In this document: one piece after another, positions 15,159 to 29,136 of the stretch
How the letters are laid out: every line of letters starts with the position of its first letter
How positions within the stretch are numbered: the stretch's first letter is position 1
Source: Octopus vulgaris
Taxonomy: Eukaryota
Assembly (NCBI GenBank): GCA_951406725.2
Contig: OX597822.1
Coordinates: 52,328,001-52,392,000 of the forward strand
Length of the DNA: 64,000 nucleotides
Reading direction: 5' to 3'
The notes under the pieces: model-generated
Databases searched by the model: none
The model's input: the letters and a program-made list of their open reading frames with translations, nothing else
Told to the model about the DNA's origin: nothing
Made by a program: the position numbers and the translations under genes

Positions 15159-15856
15159 TCCTTTTTTTATTATAGGCACAAGGCCTAAAATCGGGGGGAA
15201 GGAAAATTTGATTTCTTGAACCCCAGTGCTTGACTGGTATTTATTTTATGGTCTCCGAAAGGATGAATGACAAATAAACTTCGGCGGAATTTGAACAGAC
15301 GAAATGCTGCGAAGCATTTTTTGCGACATGCTAACGACTCTGCTACCTCGCAGCCTTTTATAACGATAATAATGTTTTCATAAATTGGCACAAGGTCAGT
15401 CATTTTATGATAGGAAGCAAGTCGATTACATCGTCCCCAGTGCTCAACTTGCATTTATTTTATCGACCCCGAAAGGATGAAAGACAAAGTCAACCTCGGC
15501 GAAATTTGTACTCAGAACGTAAAGACGGACGAAATGCCGCTAAGCATTTTACCCTGCGTGCTAACGATTCCGCCGACTTGCTGCCTTAATGGCTATGATC
15601 AATAAACTAAGTTTACCAAATTTAATGATGAACTGATCATATAAGTTTTGTTCGATATTTTATTTAGAAATAAAGTTAATGAATGTTAGCTTTTCTTTCT
15701 TTATCTTCTTCCAATGCGGATTTATACAAAAAAAGAAAAGCAATTAAATATCAATAAAAATTGTCCATAGAAATAAAATCGCTCTCTTGCGTCAACCAAG
15801 ATATCTCTGTCTGTCTGTTTGTCTGTCAACCTCATCATTCATGGAGTCGTTGAGAA

Positions 15857-15868
15857 TCATGATAGTAC
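15857..15868 (-). CDS. Probable last coding exon of the host gene (VLS*)
   Basis: Long polypyrimidine tract ttttctttttctttcaaag, phase 0 continuation gives a stop just after the TM helix, minus-strand AATAAA near 15660. The AAG acceptor is atypical. Confidence 0.4.
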   Translation of the reverse strand, partial: VLS

Positions 15869-16741
15869 CTTTGAAAGAAAAAGAAAATATAATATGAATA
15901 TATATTTATATAAGTTCAGGTGTAAGCTCGTTTAAGGGATAACATCCAGGTACTTAGGTTGCCTCGTTCATCTTTGGGAAGGTCTGAGACAAAGGCTGTA
16001 TTAATAACGTCCCAGCCGGACGTCCCTGTGAGAGGGGGATGGTTCACCAGACACAACGGTTTCCTCAAGCTAACATGTTTAAGCGTCAAATGACAACCAC
16101 ATGTAACGGCGGTGCAGCAGCATGGCCACAGCTCTGAGGTGAAACTACAGAAAAAAACGTTCAGACATGAGTGTTTGGTTAAGAACCTCGCTTTCCAACA
16201 TCGCGGTGTCGGGTTAAGTCCCGCTCCTTGCCTAGTATCTTCTACTATAGTCCCGCTCCTTAGCAAGTATCTTCTACTGTAGCACAGGACCAATTAATGC
16301 ATTGCTGTATATATGTGTGCGGGGAGGGGTCTTTGTATTTGTCACCTCACCGTTTGATAATTGTTACTAGTTTGTTTACGACATCGTAACGCAACGGTTC
16401 ACAAAAAGATCGATAGAATAAATACTAGCTATAAAACATAAATACGGGGAGACAAATGAAAGAAACAAGTAAAAAATAAAAGACGTGTATGTATGTGTAC
16501 ATAAAGATAAGTATACAGAAATATGTTTGCTTGTATATGTATATGTATATATATGTGTGTGTGTATGAATGCATGAATATATGTATGTATCCGTAAACAT
16601 CACTGTGTTGTGTCGAAATGCTAAGCTTCACATTAAGCTTTGTCTTTCTTCCTCAAAGCTTCTTCTTTTCCGAGTCCCCTGCAGGTGTCCTGAGAGCCAA
16701 AGAAGGCCATGGGTACTGGCTATGCCTCCAGAAACATTAAA

Positions 16742-16827
<86 letters not shown>

Positions 16828-16977
16828 TGTGTGCGTGCGAGTACATGCATATATATATATATATATATGTGTATGTATGATAAATGGAATAGTTTTAACA
16901 GTGAAACATTTGACAAACCATCGTAGAAAATGCACCGTTATAGTTAGCCGACAAATATTGAATATATTTATATTTAC

Positions 16978-17048
16978 CTTAATAGACACAGCGAGAGCAA
17001 TTATAAGCCCAAGAAGAGTCATTCCAATGCCAAGACCAGCCATAGCAC
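16978..17048 (-). CDS. Host gene exon: transmembrane helix (G)AMAGLGIGMTLLGLIIALAVSIK
   Basis: Acceptor ctcttttctttatctcag, donor gtaaat; phase 1 in, phase 0 out; hydrophobic helix. Confidence 0.85.
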
Positions 17049-18099
17049 CTGAGATAAAGAAAAGAGACCACCTCGCTTAGTTTAATATGCATGTGAGTGC
17101 GTGTGTGTGTGTGTGTGTGTGTGTGTATTACATTTCAATAAAATCAAGTCAATTTTAGTCAACGATTAGTTTGCATCTAGCATATATATGGCTTGTATAG
17201 AAAATACGAAAGGAAACATGGTTGATTATTAATCAATATATCATATACACGTTGTCCCATATCGAAATTAATAAATAATGCTGATAACATGACAAATGCT
17301 ATACAACTCCATATTAAAAAGCTTAGGTTGCTGAACATGCGATATGTAAATATATGAAGGAAAGGAATGGAACTGCGACATAAATTTCGATAGGAATTAC
17401 CTAAGGAAGAGTTAGATTACATCATAAAGTATGACATATTTAAACTTATGATATAGATCTATTCCACTTTGGAAGCGTGCTTAGTGACTGCTTTCTCGTA
17501 TCCGAGAAATTTTAGTTTTACTCACTTATTTCTGTCTTCAGTATAGTATTTCAATTATAAATTTTACATCTCTTTAATCCAGAAACGCGTATGTAGTTGA
17601 TCAAAGCCGGCTGGATTCGCTATTTTTTTCTATTTACCTGCGTGGGTTGGGAGTATTGTTGTCTGGGAGATACCTTATGGTAGTGGAACAGTATTTAGCT
17701 GCTATTTCTAAATTTCGGTACGTGGTGAAGCAATTTTGCTGAAACCCTAATTATAATTATGCTTATAATTATAGAATTTTTGTATAAGATTGCCGATAAT
17801 GGTTCATTTAACATGCCGAACTACTTGGTAAAATTATTAATTATTAATTGATTAATTAATTTTACCCTTTATTATTATTGATAATATAATTCACTCCATG
17901 ATAGTAGACTGCAGTTTCTGCGGGAATACTCGTAACACACATGGGCGATTGGGAAAGAATGCGAGTTCTCACTCATCTGTATAAATTCAGAAGTACTGGT
18001 TTTTGGATATTAGCTGTTCAATGGCGCTTGGTCGAATACATATTTCAATTATTAGTACTCTCAAATTTATAATTGTTTGGACTTTGGGGTATGTATATG

Positions 18100-18196
<97 letters not shown>

Positions 18197-18197
18197 A

Positions 18198-18749
18198 TAC
18201 AAACTGGGACAAGAACGCAAAACATTTAGAAGACGATACAAAAAGCACGGACGGGACATTCGAAGCCTTCAATCTTCAGTCAAAAACCGGATCATCCTCG
18301 CAATTTCGGCTGATTAATCTTGAGATTGCTCCGATCTGGCCAGCCTCAAAGGAAAATCTAAGCCAAGCGCATTAGATTCTTTGGAAGAAAGCCTCGAATG
18401 TATACAAAACAAGGACGGAAAAACGGACGATGTTACACAAATAAGAATACAAAAATACATAAAAACAATAATGATAATAATAATAACAAAAACAGGACGT
18501 CATAGACAGGCGTCTTTCGACAGGACGAGTAAACTTTGAGCTGGCGTGTTAGAAAAATGCCTTAGGGCAGAGAGAGAAAAATGTGTCTTGCCGCGACGAC
18601 TGCCAAGCACGAAAGACCGGCAATCGGTCAGTCAGTCACGCGTGAGGAGAAGAGAGAGGAAAAGAGGGACAGATGAATTAAGGAGGTGGAGAAGAGAGAG
18701 AAAAAAGGGGAACAAGGAACAAAGGAGGAGGAGAAGAGAGAGAGAGAGA

Positions 18750-18750
<1 letters not shown>
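18198..18750. repeat. Dispersed ~550-bp repeat of unknown class, second copy at 31409-32000
   Basis: Shared blocks such as ggatcatcctcgcaatttcggctgattaatcttgagattgctcc and acaaggacggaaaaacggacgatgttacac; flanked by microsatellites. Confidence 0.75.
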
Positions 18751-18848
<98 letters not shown>

Positions 18849-19383
18849 GAGTGAGAGAGCAGAGCATGCCATCAAAGTGACACTGGGGTAAAATATACGA
18901 AGCCCAATATACCCATCATGACTACCCGTCTGATAAGGGTACGCCAGGCACATGCATCACAACCATATGTGCGCGACATGGTAATCTCATATCAAGATAA
19001 ATAGCGCATGACCTTGCAGGTGGGGCCCAGTTAGAATTTTCTTCAGGTTGAGTAGCCCATCCCGCTCAAAAGGTCCCTGAATAAGGTTTGTTTAAGGATG
19101 TTGAAAGAACCACCCATGTCTCCAGCGGTGAATTATTCAAACCCCAAAGAATCCCTCTCAACACATGCCTATGATGCTCCCCCACTACTTCTGCTCGTGA
19201 TCAGAGATGCACATATCGTCAGCCACTAAGGAACATGCTCAACTGGTTAAGGTCAAACAACTGACAAGCAAATCTGTGGTATTGAGCAGAATATTTGCTG
19301 TAGCCCATCTTTTATACCAAGACAAAACAATGTACATGATAACACTGTGGTATTGAGCCGAATATTTGCTGTAGCCCATCTTT

Positions 19384-19385
<2 letters not shown>
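18849..19385 (-). mobile_element. Probable 5'-truncated non-LTR retrotransposon 3' end embedded in (ATT)n
   Basis: Unique segment with (ATT)n on both sides. A 40-bp duplication (19274-19313 and 19345-19384) sits at the presumed truncation end. Confidence 0.5.
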
Positions 19386-19453
<68 letters not shown>

Positions 19454-20080
19454 CCCTTTCAGTCATTAGACTGCAGCCATGCTGGAGTACCGCACTGAAT
19501 TTTTTAGTTGATTGAATCGACCCCAGTACTTATATTTTAAAGTCTGGTATGTATTCTATCGTAATCTTTGCCGAACCGCAAGTTACGAGGACGTAAATAC
19601 ACCAACACAGTCTTTAAGCGGTGGTGGGACAGAAACACAAACATAAGGGCACACGCATACATAGATATATATACGATAGGCTTCTCACAAATGACTTTCG
19701 CTGACCCGAGGTTATAGTAGAGGACAACTTGCTCAAGTTGCCACGCAATGGGACTGAACCTGGAACCATGTGGTTAGGAAGCAAGCTTCTTACCACACAA
19801 TCGCTCTTTTATAATGTTCATTATATAGAATCCCACTTCAGGGCAAAAACTGACAAGGGTGGGAATTTACGAGAGACAGCAGAGATTTACATACTTCACA
19901 ATAATCTTCTTGTCCATTTTACTAATAAACACAGATCTTGCCGACGCCAGTCGACTTGGGGTCTGTTTGATCGTATGTATGTATGTTGTATGTATGTATG
20001 TATGTATGTTGTACGTATCAGATATTCAATAACTTAATGGCCTAGGTGTGATGATATGAATATATAAAGTTACTACTTAC

Positions 20081-20165
20081 CTTTGGTATATGTTGTTCGC
20101 GGTGTTGTCTTGTACAATACTTCATCGAATGTCATTTCTGTAGGCCGTATTGCTGTCTTTTCTCC
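20081..20165 (-). CDS. Host gene exon GEKTAIRPTEMTFDEVLYKTTPRTTYTK (Thr-rich stalk)
   Basis: Acceptor ttctcgtttttag, donor gtaagt; 85 nt; phase 0 to 1, matches neighbouring exons. Confidence 0.85.
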
Positions 20166-22937
20166 CTAAAAACGAGAACGCAAACAATTGCATATTGACG
20201 TTTAAATCAATCTAGTTATATTGTTGCTTCTATGGAAATGCATAAACAGCTTTACTTTTAGTGAAATACTTTGTACCTAAGTAAGAAAGCGAAATTTATA
20301 ACAGACCATGTGAGCTTTACGACCCAATGTCTTACATTTTACGCATTCGCTAAATCATTTTAAATCACGCTCTACTGTCCTCTAAAGTTAAGAGCACATT
20401 GGATTATATAATCATTGACTCGCTGTGCAAAAATGAGAGATAGTCACAGTTTGAATTGCTTTTGGTCATAGGTTTGCTTGATTAGAGCTGCCCTGGAGTG
20501 AAATATTATGAACATTATAATTATCAATTATATTATCAACACATTTTAACAAATTCTCGCGTTAAATTATTTATCAGTACTCTAAACAATAAACTATTGT
20601 AATGGCGTTTATGTTTTCGAACCGTAGAATGATATAATCACTCTGATGAGATCTAACGTTGGAAATATAAAAACTGTCAAGTAGATATAGTCGATATTCT
20701 CTACCCCAACTAACACCATATTTTACTCATAATATTTATATTTTATAATATAAAGCTTTTCTACTTATAATTTATAACGTTATCTTTAGATTATAATATT
20801 TATAGTTTGTTTATATTACTACACTATTTAGGCTTGTAATCACCCAGTGATACGGTTAAGAAAAGGAATCGTAAATAAATGATTCTGATTTTGACTATTA
20901 TACCATATTTCAGAACTATGATCAATTTTAATCAAAATTCAGAAATCTGAAACTTTCCAAAATTTGAAAGTAGCACCAGGAATAGAAAATTCTAGAAAGC
21001 ATGTATGGGCGGAACGTTACCCACTCCGTGTTGTATGAAAGTGTAATAGGGCAGAAGCTATTCAGAAGTAAAACGGGGCACGGGGCACATTCACAGCAGA
21101 TTTATTTAAGCTGTATTATGAAATGTAAATAGAAAAGGTATATAAACTTGTGTTCCATCCCCAAGCTTTCCCATTTTATAGATAAAACTATGTTTTCAAT
21201 CCGAAACACTTCCAGTCCCAAGTATTTCACATAAAGTGTAGCGTGGTTCCTGCTGAGTTTTGAGGTTCTCCAGTCTACTATAAATTCGAGTTTTGAGGTT
21301 CTCCAGTCTACTATGCAAGGGTCTGTTACGAAAAGTTAATCGTGTCACCATAAAAGACGTCAACTTTTAAGCGAATATGTATCGATCAATTAATCGGCTG
21401 GTATGTAATGAAGTGTGTGTATGTATGAGTGTGTGTGTGTATGTGTGAGTGTGTAGACGTTACATATTCAAACATAAATTAGCATAAACTTATACTAAAT
21501 GTCAATACAGGCGTAAGTTTTATAATCGTTATTGGTATTTAAGAAATGGTCGCGCAAAGTGAGAAAACAGCTGTCTATAATATCTGGTAGGCATAAGGCT
21601 GCGAGCTGGCAGAATCGTTAGCACGCCGAGCAAAATGCTTAGCGGCATTTCGTCTGTCTTTGCGTTCTGAGTTCAAATTCCACCGAGGTCGACTTTGTTT
21701 TTTGTCCTTTCGGGAGTCAATAAAATAAGAACCAGTTGCGTACTGCGGTCGATATAATCGACTGGCCCCCTCCCGAAAAATTTCGGGCCTTGTGCCTAGA
21801 GTAGAAAATAATAAAATAGGAACCAGTTGAGCGCTGGGGTCGATGTAATCAACTTACTACTTCCCCAAAAATTGCTGGCCTTGTGCCACAATTTTAAACC
21901 AATATTTGGTGCTCTTCTTCGATGTATTGCGATCAAATCCAGCACCTCAGTGTTCACTTTCGTTTTTAAATCCTGGCGGTTTATTAAATAACTACATCAG
22001 CTACGTTGTTCTGAAGTCAATTCACTTGAAATGGAGGTAGCTGAGTCGTGATAGCGTCCTACGTAATACCTTGAGTGATTGTTCTTTCCAATCTAAGTTC
22101 AAGTCCCACCACTAACAACCTTATTTCCCGTCACCTGTTTGGATCCTACATATAAAGCACCAGTCATGAAATAGCGTCACTTATTCTTTACCCAGATTCT
22201 CTCCCTCTCTCTCTCTATCTATCTATCTATCTATCTCTCATTCCTTCGTTTTTCTCCCCTTTCATTCTCTCAGAATTAGCAGCGGTAGACAATGTGTCTT
22301 GGCCTTATGAAAGTAAAAACAAAACTGCCACGGGGAAAATTACCTTTTAGTTGTTTTAGAAAACATTCATCGACAATCTTAAAATGCTTAAGCAAGTCAA
22401 CATGGTCATTCGTTGACCTTGTAGTGCATCAAACATGGGGAAGTAGCGAATTTCATATATTACTTGGTTAAATACTTTGGGAGCATTTAACCCAAATCTT
22501 CAACGTTCTGAATTCTATTAAAGAGGTGGGTTTTACTTCACTTTTAATCACTCCAAAATTATTAGAATTTATGCCAGTACTTAAATCTAATTAAACTGCC
22601 TTTATCTCCTCCGCCGTCTTCTTTTACTGTTTAATCAAAAAGGGATGAAAGCACTATATTGGTGATTAGTAGGGAGGAAATTAACTTCAAATGAGAGACT
22701 TGGATTTTATTATTGCTTCAGGATGAACTTCCAATTATACAAATGCTATGCTACAGAAGTACAAAATATATCTGTACGAGAAATCTCATTTCATGTTTCT
22801 GATGCAGAATATGCCAAATTACATATTTACTGTTGCAGCCACTGCAATGTGAAAATAGTGATTATGCCGTAAATATTTACATAGAAAGCTACAAGTATTA
22901 ACTACATTTCCCATACAGAAACATTAGGAGTACTAAA

Positions 22938-23351
22938 GCGGCGAGCTGGCAGAAGCGTTAGCACACCGGGTGAACTGCTTAGCGTTATTTCATCTGCCGC
23001 TACGTTCTGAGTTCAAATTCCGCCGAGGTCGTCTTTGCCTTTCATTCTTTCGGGGTCGATAAATTAAGTACCAGTTGCGCACTGGGGTCGATGTAATCGA
23101 CTTAATCCATTAGTCCGTTCTTGTTTGTTCCCTCTGTGTTTAGCCCCTTGTGGGTAGCAAAGAAAAAGGTATTTCGTCTGCCTTTACGTTCTGAGTTCAA
23201 ATTCCGCCGAGGTCGACTTTGCCTTTCATCCTTTCGGGATCGGTAAATTAAGTACTAGTTTCGCGCTGGGGTCGATATAATCGACTTAATCCGTTTGTCT
23301 GTCCTTGTTTGTCCCCTCTGTGTGTAGCCCCTTGTGGGCAGTAAAGAAATA
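22938..23351 (+). mobile_element. SINE family A dimer with 21-bp TSD
   Basis: Full unit plus headless unit, flanked by agaaacattaggagtactaaa at 22917-22937 and 23352-23372. Confidence 0.9.
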
Positions 23352-24185
23352 AGAAACATTAGGAGTACTAAATAAAATCCTGTTCTGAATAAAGTGCCAG
23401 CTCAGGTAATTATAATTTGAAAAACAAAGAATAAAGGCTGTAGCGCACAAATAAACACAATTTCAGTATCTCAACTAAAGAAATGGACGTGAAATTAGTA
23501 TCTTGTAATGTGTGCGTACCGATGTCCTTTATCTCCTTTGTGTCCATAACCTATATTTCCACGATCTCTACATTCCAAGTCCTTCTAGAAGCATTAAAAT
23601 AATAGAAAGTTATACAACTCTACATTTTTAATGCATTTGTTTGCCTTTTCTACAAACTGTAGCGATCTCAGATTTCAGCATTATAAATTCACAAGAACCG
23701 TTTGTGGATATTAAACTGATTCTGCTTGTTTTTTTACTTCTACAATAGTGCCAGAGCTCCTCCTATCTCAAAATCAGAACCATTTCCGAGTGTAAGAAGG
23801 AGTTTTCGCCTCCCAGTGAGTTTTTATCTAACTCCCTAAGCGTCGTTGCTTAGTATAACTATTATCTAGCTCCCTAGAATATGTATTTGTACAGCTTCCT
23901 AAACACATTTTATTATATTTCTAGCAAACTGTACCGATCATCACTTCTCTGTTTTTCTCTCCCGCCATCCTTTTTGCAATTTTTTTCAATTCATATATTT
24001 TGCATCTTTAATATTTTGTTTATATACATACATATATATATATATATACATATATATACGTATATATATATATATGTATATGTATATGTACACACACACA
24101 TATATATATATATGTATGTATATATATATATGTATATGTATATATATATGTGTGTATGTATATATATATATACATACATATATAC

Positions 24186-24251
<66 letters not shown>

Positions 24252-25259
24252 ATATTAATATTGATATTGATATTTTTCATCATATAAGGTGGCGTGCTGG
24301 CAGAACCGTTAGTATGCCGGGCAAGATGCTTAGTAGCATTTCGTCCGTCTGAGTTCGAATGTTGCTGAGAGGTCGACTTCACCTTTCATCCTTTCGTGGT
24401 CGATAAATTAAGTACAAGTTGAGCACTGGGGTTGGTGTAATCAACTTAGCCCCTCCCTTGAAATTGCTGGCCTTGTGTTTGTGCCAAAATTTGAAACCAA
24501 TTCTCTAATTGACCAGTGAAAATAACTCAGCCTTACAACGTTTTAACCTACCATGCAAAAACAGAAGTTTATTCATATACGTACTAGTTTTTTGTTGTCG
24601 TTGTTCAACTTTTTCAGAAAATATACTTCCTAAGCCTAACATTGATTTTTGCTAGGTCCCGAAGGCTTAGGACTTTCTTTTCCGATGAAAAGAAGAAGAA
24701 TTTTAACTTCGAATGCATAAGTCCAAAACAGGTACACTAAAGCATTTAGAACAACATTCTAGCAATTCACTTGCCTCGATCGATACTTTATCAACCTCGA
24801 AAAGGTAAATGGCAAAGTTGGCCTAGGCTCAATTTGAACTCATGGTGCAGAGAACCAGAACCAATAGTAAAAGACATTCCATCCGATGCTCTAATGACAC
24901 CAATATTCTGCACCAGATACATGCATGTGTGTAAGAGTGTATGTGTGCGTGTATGCATTATGTTTGCGTATTTTGCCAAAAATATACATTAAAACAAGTG
25001 GTTCAAAAGTATTTTATGAGCGAGGTCCTTTGCAATACTAGTTCTACATCGAGTTACAAACACCTTGTTGTCACTTTCAATATCAGAAATACAATGTACT
25101 TATATGCTGAAAACATATAACCAATAAGGTTATTGTTTACCAACTATGGTATAAATTAAATAAAAACATATTATGCAGTTTATCTTACGTATAAGTAATT
25201 ATTTTATCAGGTTTCAGCTCACGAGCTGTGGCCATGCTGGGGCAATGCAAAATACTTAC

Positions 25260-25433
25260 TGATGTCAGTGAAAATATTGTAATAATAAACTCTTCCTTCT
25301 TTAGTAAGTCTCTGAGTTCGTTGACAGCTGCTGAGAAGGACTTTTCTTTCAGCCGGTCTTTCACATCTCCAATTGTTGGTGCCACATCGGTTAAGTCGAA
25401 GGTAACGATTATTTCGACTTCACCAAACATAAC
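25260..25433 (-). CDS. Host gene exon VMFGEVEIIVTFDLTDVAPTIGDVKDRLKEKSFSAAVNELRDLLKKEEFIITIFSLTS
   Basis: Acceptor ttcttcttttag, donor gtaagt; 174 nt; phase 0/0. Confidence 0.9.
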
Positions 25434-26883
25434 CTAAAAGAAGAATTACATTTTTCTTCACTTTTAAGAAAATTTCAAATTGAAAATCAAGTTTAAAGCA
25501 AATAAAGACAATCCAATCATTTTGTTGGATTCGTGTTGGCAGATTTAAAAATTAAACCTCATTCTTAGTATTTCTATTCTAGACTAAATTCCACTGAAGA
25601 ACTCTAACGTAGCTTTGTGAGGTAATAGATCATCTGTCAACTTCAAAACACAGTCTTTGAATTTAAAGCTGAACTCTTTCGTTCTTTAATGCTTCATTAT
25701 AACTAGGTTTGTTGAGTCATTAGGAAGTATCTTTTCTGTCATTAACACATCACAGAGTGTAGAAGATATGCGAAGCGCCAATCACTTGATTGATTTCTGA
25801 AGAGGGTTGTTGCTAGGGTGATATGCAATTACCATCCTAACCATGATATTGTGTTGCATTTATAACCAACTATCACACTTGACTACTTCACCTTCCGAAA
25901 ATAAATGCGGTAGATTCTTTGATTCTATCATGCATTATTTACAAATCAGGGAATGGAGCATGTATATTAATTTTCTGAACTTCAGGTTGCATCACGATAA
26001 TTAATATTATTTCGTATTTTAAATAAAAACTTCACCTCGCACATATGTTTTTCGGTTTTTGCTATATCTTTCATTAGCGTTATAATTAACTTCAAAATTT
26101 CATCTTTTCCCTAGTAATAACCAATCACTCCAAGACTTGTCTTTGAGTACTCGTTTTAACTTGGAAAAAATAACATACTAATTTTACCTGGAGGGATACG
26201 TTACAGTCTTAAAAAGAGAGTATATTATATAATATAGTCATAAATATATTGTTTAAAAGAAAGAAAATGAAAAGTCCTCGATAAAAGATCAATTATCAAT
26301 AATTTCGAAACTACCATCAGATATAATTGCTTCCATGCATCAAGATTATCCAAACATTAAGAATCATTAGAGTTAACCCAAGCTTCCATGAAAGAGTTGC
26401 ATTTGAAACATCCAAAATTCATTAATAATTGATGATAAGTTAAGCTTCCGATCATTGCAGTCAGCTTATCGTTCCATCTTTATAACGAAATAGAGAATAA
26501 GAACTACAGTTCGGCAATTTCTGAATATTTCAAATGATAGCCATATCGGTCAGAAGGTCGATATTGCAAACGAATCTCAAATTACTTTGGTATCAGAATT
26601 CTTAATGTCTATTTTTCACAAATCGAAGTTTTCAGAGTTATTTTATTTCTTTCACCTTCATTGAGATGAATCACCTTATTTACTAACTCTCAGAAACCGA
26701 TGCCGTAGTTTTTTTTTGTCTTTTTGTGCGGTTAGTTGACATAAAGAATGGAATGTGAGAGTATCCATGCTGTTTGTTTTGTTGTTATTCTTTGTCTAAC
26801 TTTGTTTATACATATACATACATACATATATGTATGTATATATGTATATATATATTTTTTTTGTATATATATATATATATTTA

Positions 26884-26999
<116 letters not shown>

Positions 27000-27026
27000 C
27001 ATATATATGCATAGATAGATAGATAA

Positions 27027-27077
<51 letters not shown>

Positions 27078-27996
27078 TGTTTCTTTATTAGCCACACAGG
27101 GCTGCACACAGATAGAACAAATTACAAGGTAGAGCTTTTCTTTTGAAGGTTTAAAAAAAAAATAAAAGGAAGGGGGAGTTTCGATCAAAAGGGATCGTAA
27201 AAGGAGAGAAAGAGGACAGAAAAAAGGGGGGTTAAAAAAAGGGGGAGAGGAAAAAAAAAAAATTGATCAATAGGGATCGTTATCACAGAAATGTCAATAT
27301 GAGGTGTAAAGGGGAGGACAGGGGAGGTTTACCCGTGGAAAGAAAAGCCTACGGAAAAGACCACGGTAACCTCGGTCAATGGAGTCACATGTTATATTTC
27401 TTTTTTTTTTTTTTTTTGCAAATAAGCAACTCTCTGTTTTCAATTTCTGGGTTCATAGGATCATGCTCAAGGTGGCTTCGTCATTCATACGTGCCATTCT
27501 TGCTACATTCACCCATCTTTTTTTAAAACATTCGCTAGACAAAACTTGCCTCTCTACTCTCACTTTCCTTTTCAAGTGGTACTTGAAGAAGTTGATGAGA
27601 GATTGACCAGAGAGGAAAGTGTTTGTCTCCAATCCTTTCAGACGCGTCCACCAGATACATTCTTTCGCCATAGCCACAAGGATGATGAAAATAGCTCTTC
27701 CTTCCCGTTTGAAGGAGGGAGGCGTGACAATATTGACGATAGACTCAGCTGATAAACCGACTCGTCCCACACGTGACAGCAGTTGTTCGACACAAGCCCA
27801 CAGGTCGGAAATTGTTGGACACTGCACGAGTGCGTGCAGAACGGTTTCGTCGCTCTGACCGCATCTCGGGCAGGTCGGCCCCGTGTTTCTCGAGCCGTGT
27901 CTGTAGAGCTTATCCCGAACGGGTAGCGCTTCTCGGTAGCACTGCCAGGCCAGGGATCTCTGGAAGTTGTCCATGGGCTCTGGCCCGAAAGTCGTC
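27078..27996 (-). mobile_element. 5'-truncated L1/Tx1-like LINE (ORF2 C-terminal zinc-binding region plus 3' UTR)
   Basis: Open frame LAWQCYREALPVRDKLYRHG..CPRCGQSDETVLHALVQC (zf-RVT-like). AATAAA at the 3' end; (GATA)n on both sides. Confidence 0.85.
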
Positions 27997-28099
<103 letters not shown>

Positions 28100-29026
28100 A
28101 GAGTGTCTGAAGTACACATAATTTTTGCATTTCTCTCAAGTAAGATCGTTGCTCTTACTGTTTTGAATTTCCACTCTCTCCCACCACCGTAAATAAGAAT
28201 GGAGCAAATATAATATTTGATACATTTATAACAAAGCAATAAACACTGGATTTAATGGCTGTTTGCTAAAAATGTGTCTTGACACTGATGCCATTCATAT
28301 TGACAACATAAGTGAAGGAGATATAGCTTCGGCAGAGGTTGAAATGTCCTTGTGTCAGTTATCTGGAAGTTTACTTCCTGCGTTATTTCTCCCACCAGTT
28401 AAAGAAAAAATACAGGATTTCAAAACGGAATAGCACCTGAGAATATGATGGAAACAGTTTCTTATTGCATCAACAACTTCCAACTACTACAAATATCTCC
28501 GAATATCATGTAGATATGCACCTGCGATGCTCCTTACTTTAACACCATCCTTAAAACCTTCGCTCTTTCCCTCAATCTAGGCAATATAAAACTATGTTTA
28601 TACATAAAACTATCAACAGAATGAAGACATAGTCTCATTTGTTCCAAGCATTATGCTGAGAGGCACATCACTAATAGATAGAGGTTACAAATGACAAGCT
28701 CCAACTAATTAATCCTCGGCCGTTTCGTACGCAACTATCACTATAATCTACTGCCTCACACAAACAGACTCAATAGTGGAGAAAAAAAAAAACAATTTGT
28801 TCAGATTTTCATACTGCACGCTTATGCGTTAAGTCCCTGCACAGTAGCCTCATCTGCCATTAGGACGAGGTATGATTAGTCTAGATCAAAGACTATGAGA
28901 ATCGTGTTTAATCATACGATTATCTACATTGTGCCATAGATCGGCTCGATCATGTTGATCTACGGTGAAACAATACATAATAACAAACTTAAATTTAACA
29001 ACGATCACAGTATTAAAATATACTAC

Positions 29027-29136
29027 CTTTAAATTCTGAATTCTTAATGGACGAATTCCAATGGTCGTAGATATTGCCGATATAACATAAAGCTTAAAGG
29101 TATCTGTATTCTGTTGTACATACAGTTTGATCAAGT
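29027..29136 (-). CDS. Host gene exon (N)LIKLYVQQNTDTFKLYVISAISTTIGIRPLRIQNLK
   Basis: Acceptor ttttcatttttatttccag, donor gtagta; 110 nt; phase 1 to 0. Confidence 0.85.

Noticed and set aside
16628-16740. Alternative last exon GTRKRRSFEEERQSLM*
   Set aside because: Acceptor lacks a good polypyrimidine tract; kept only as a less likely alternative to 15857-15868.
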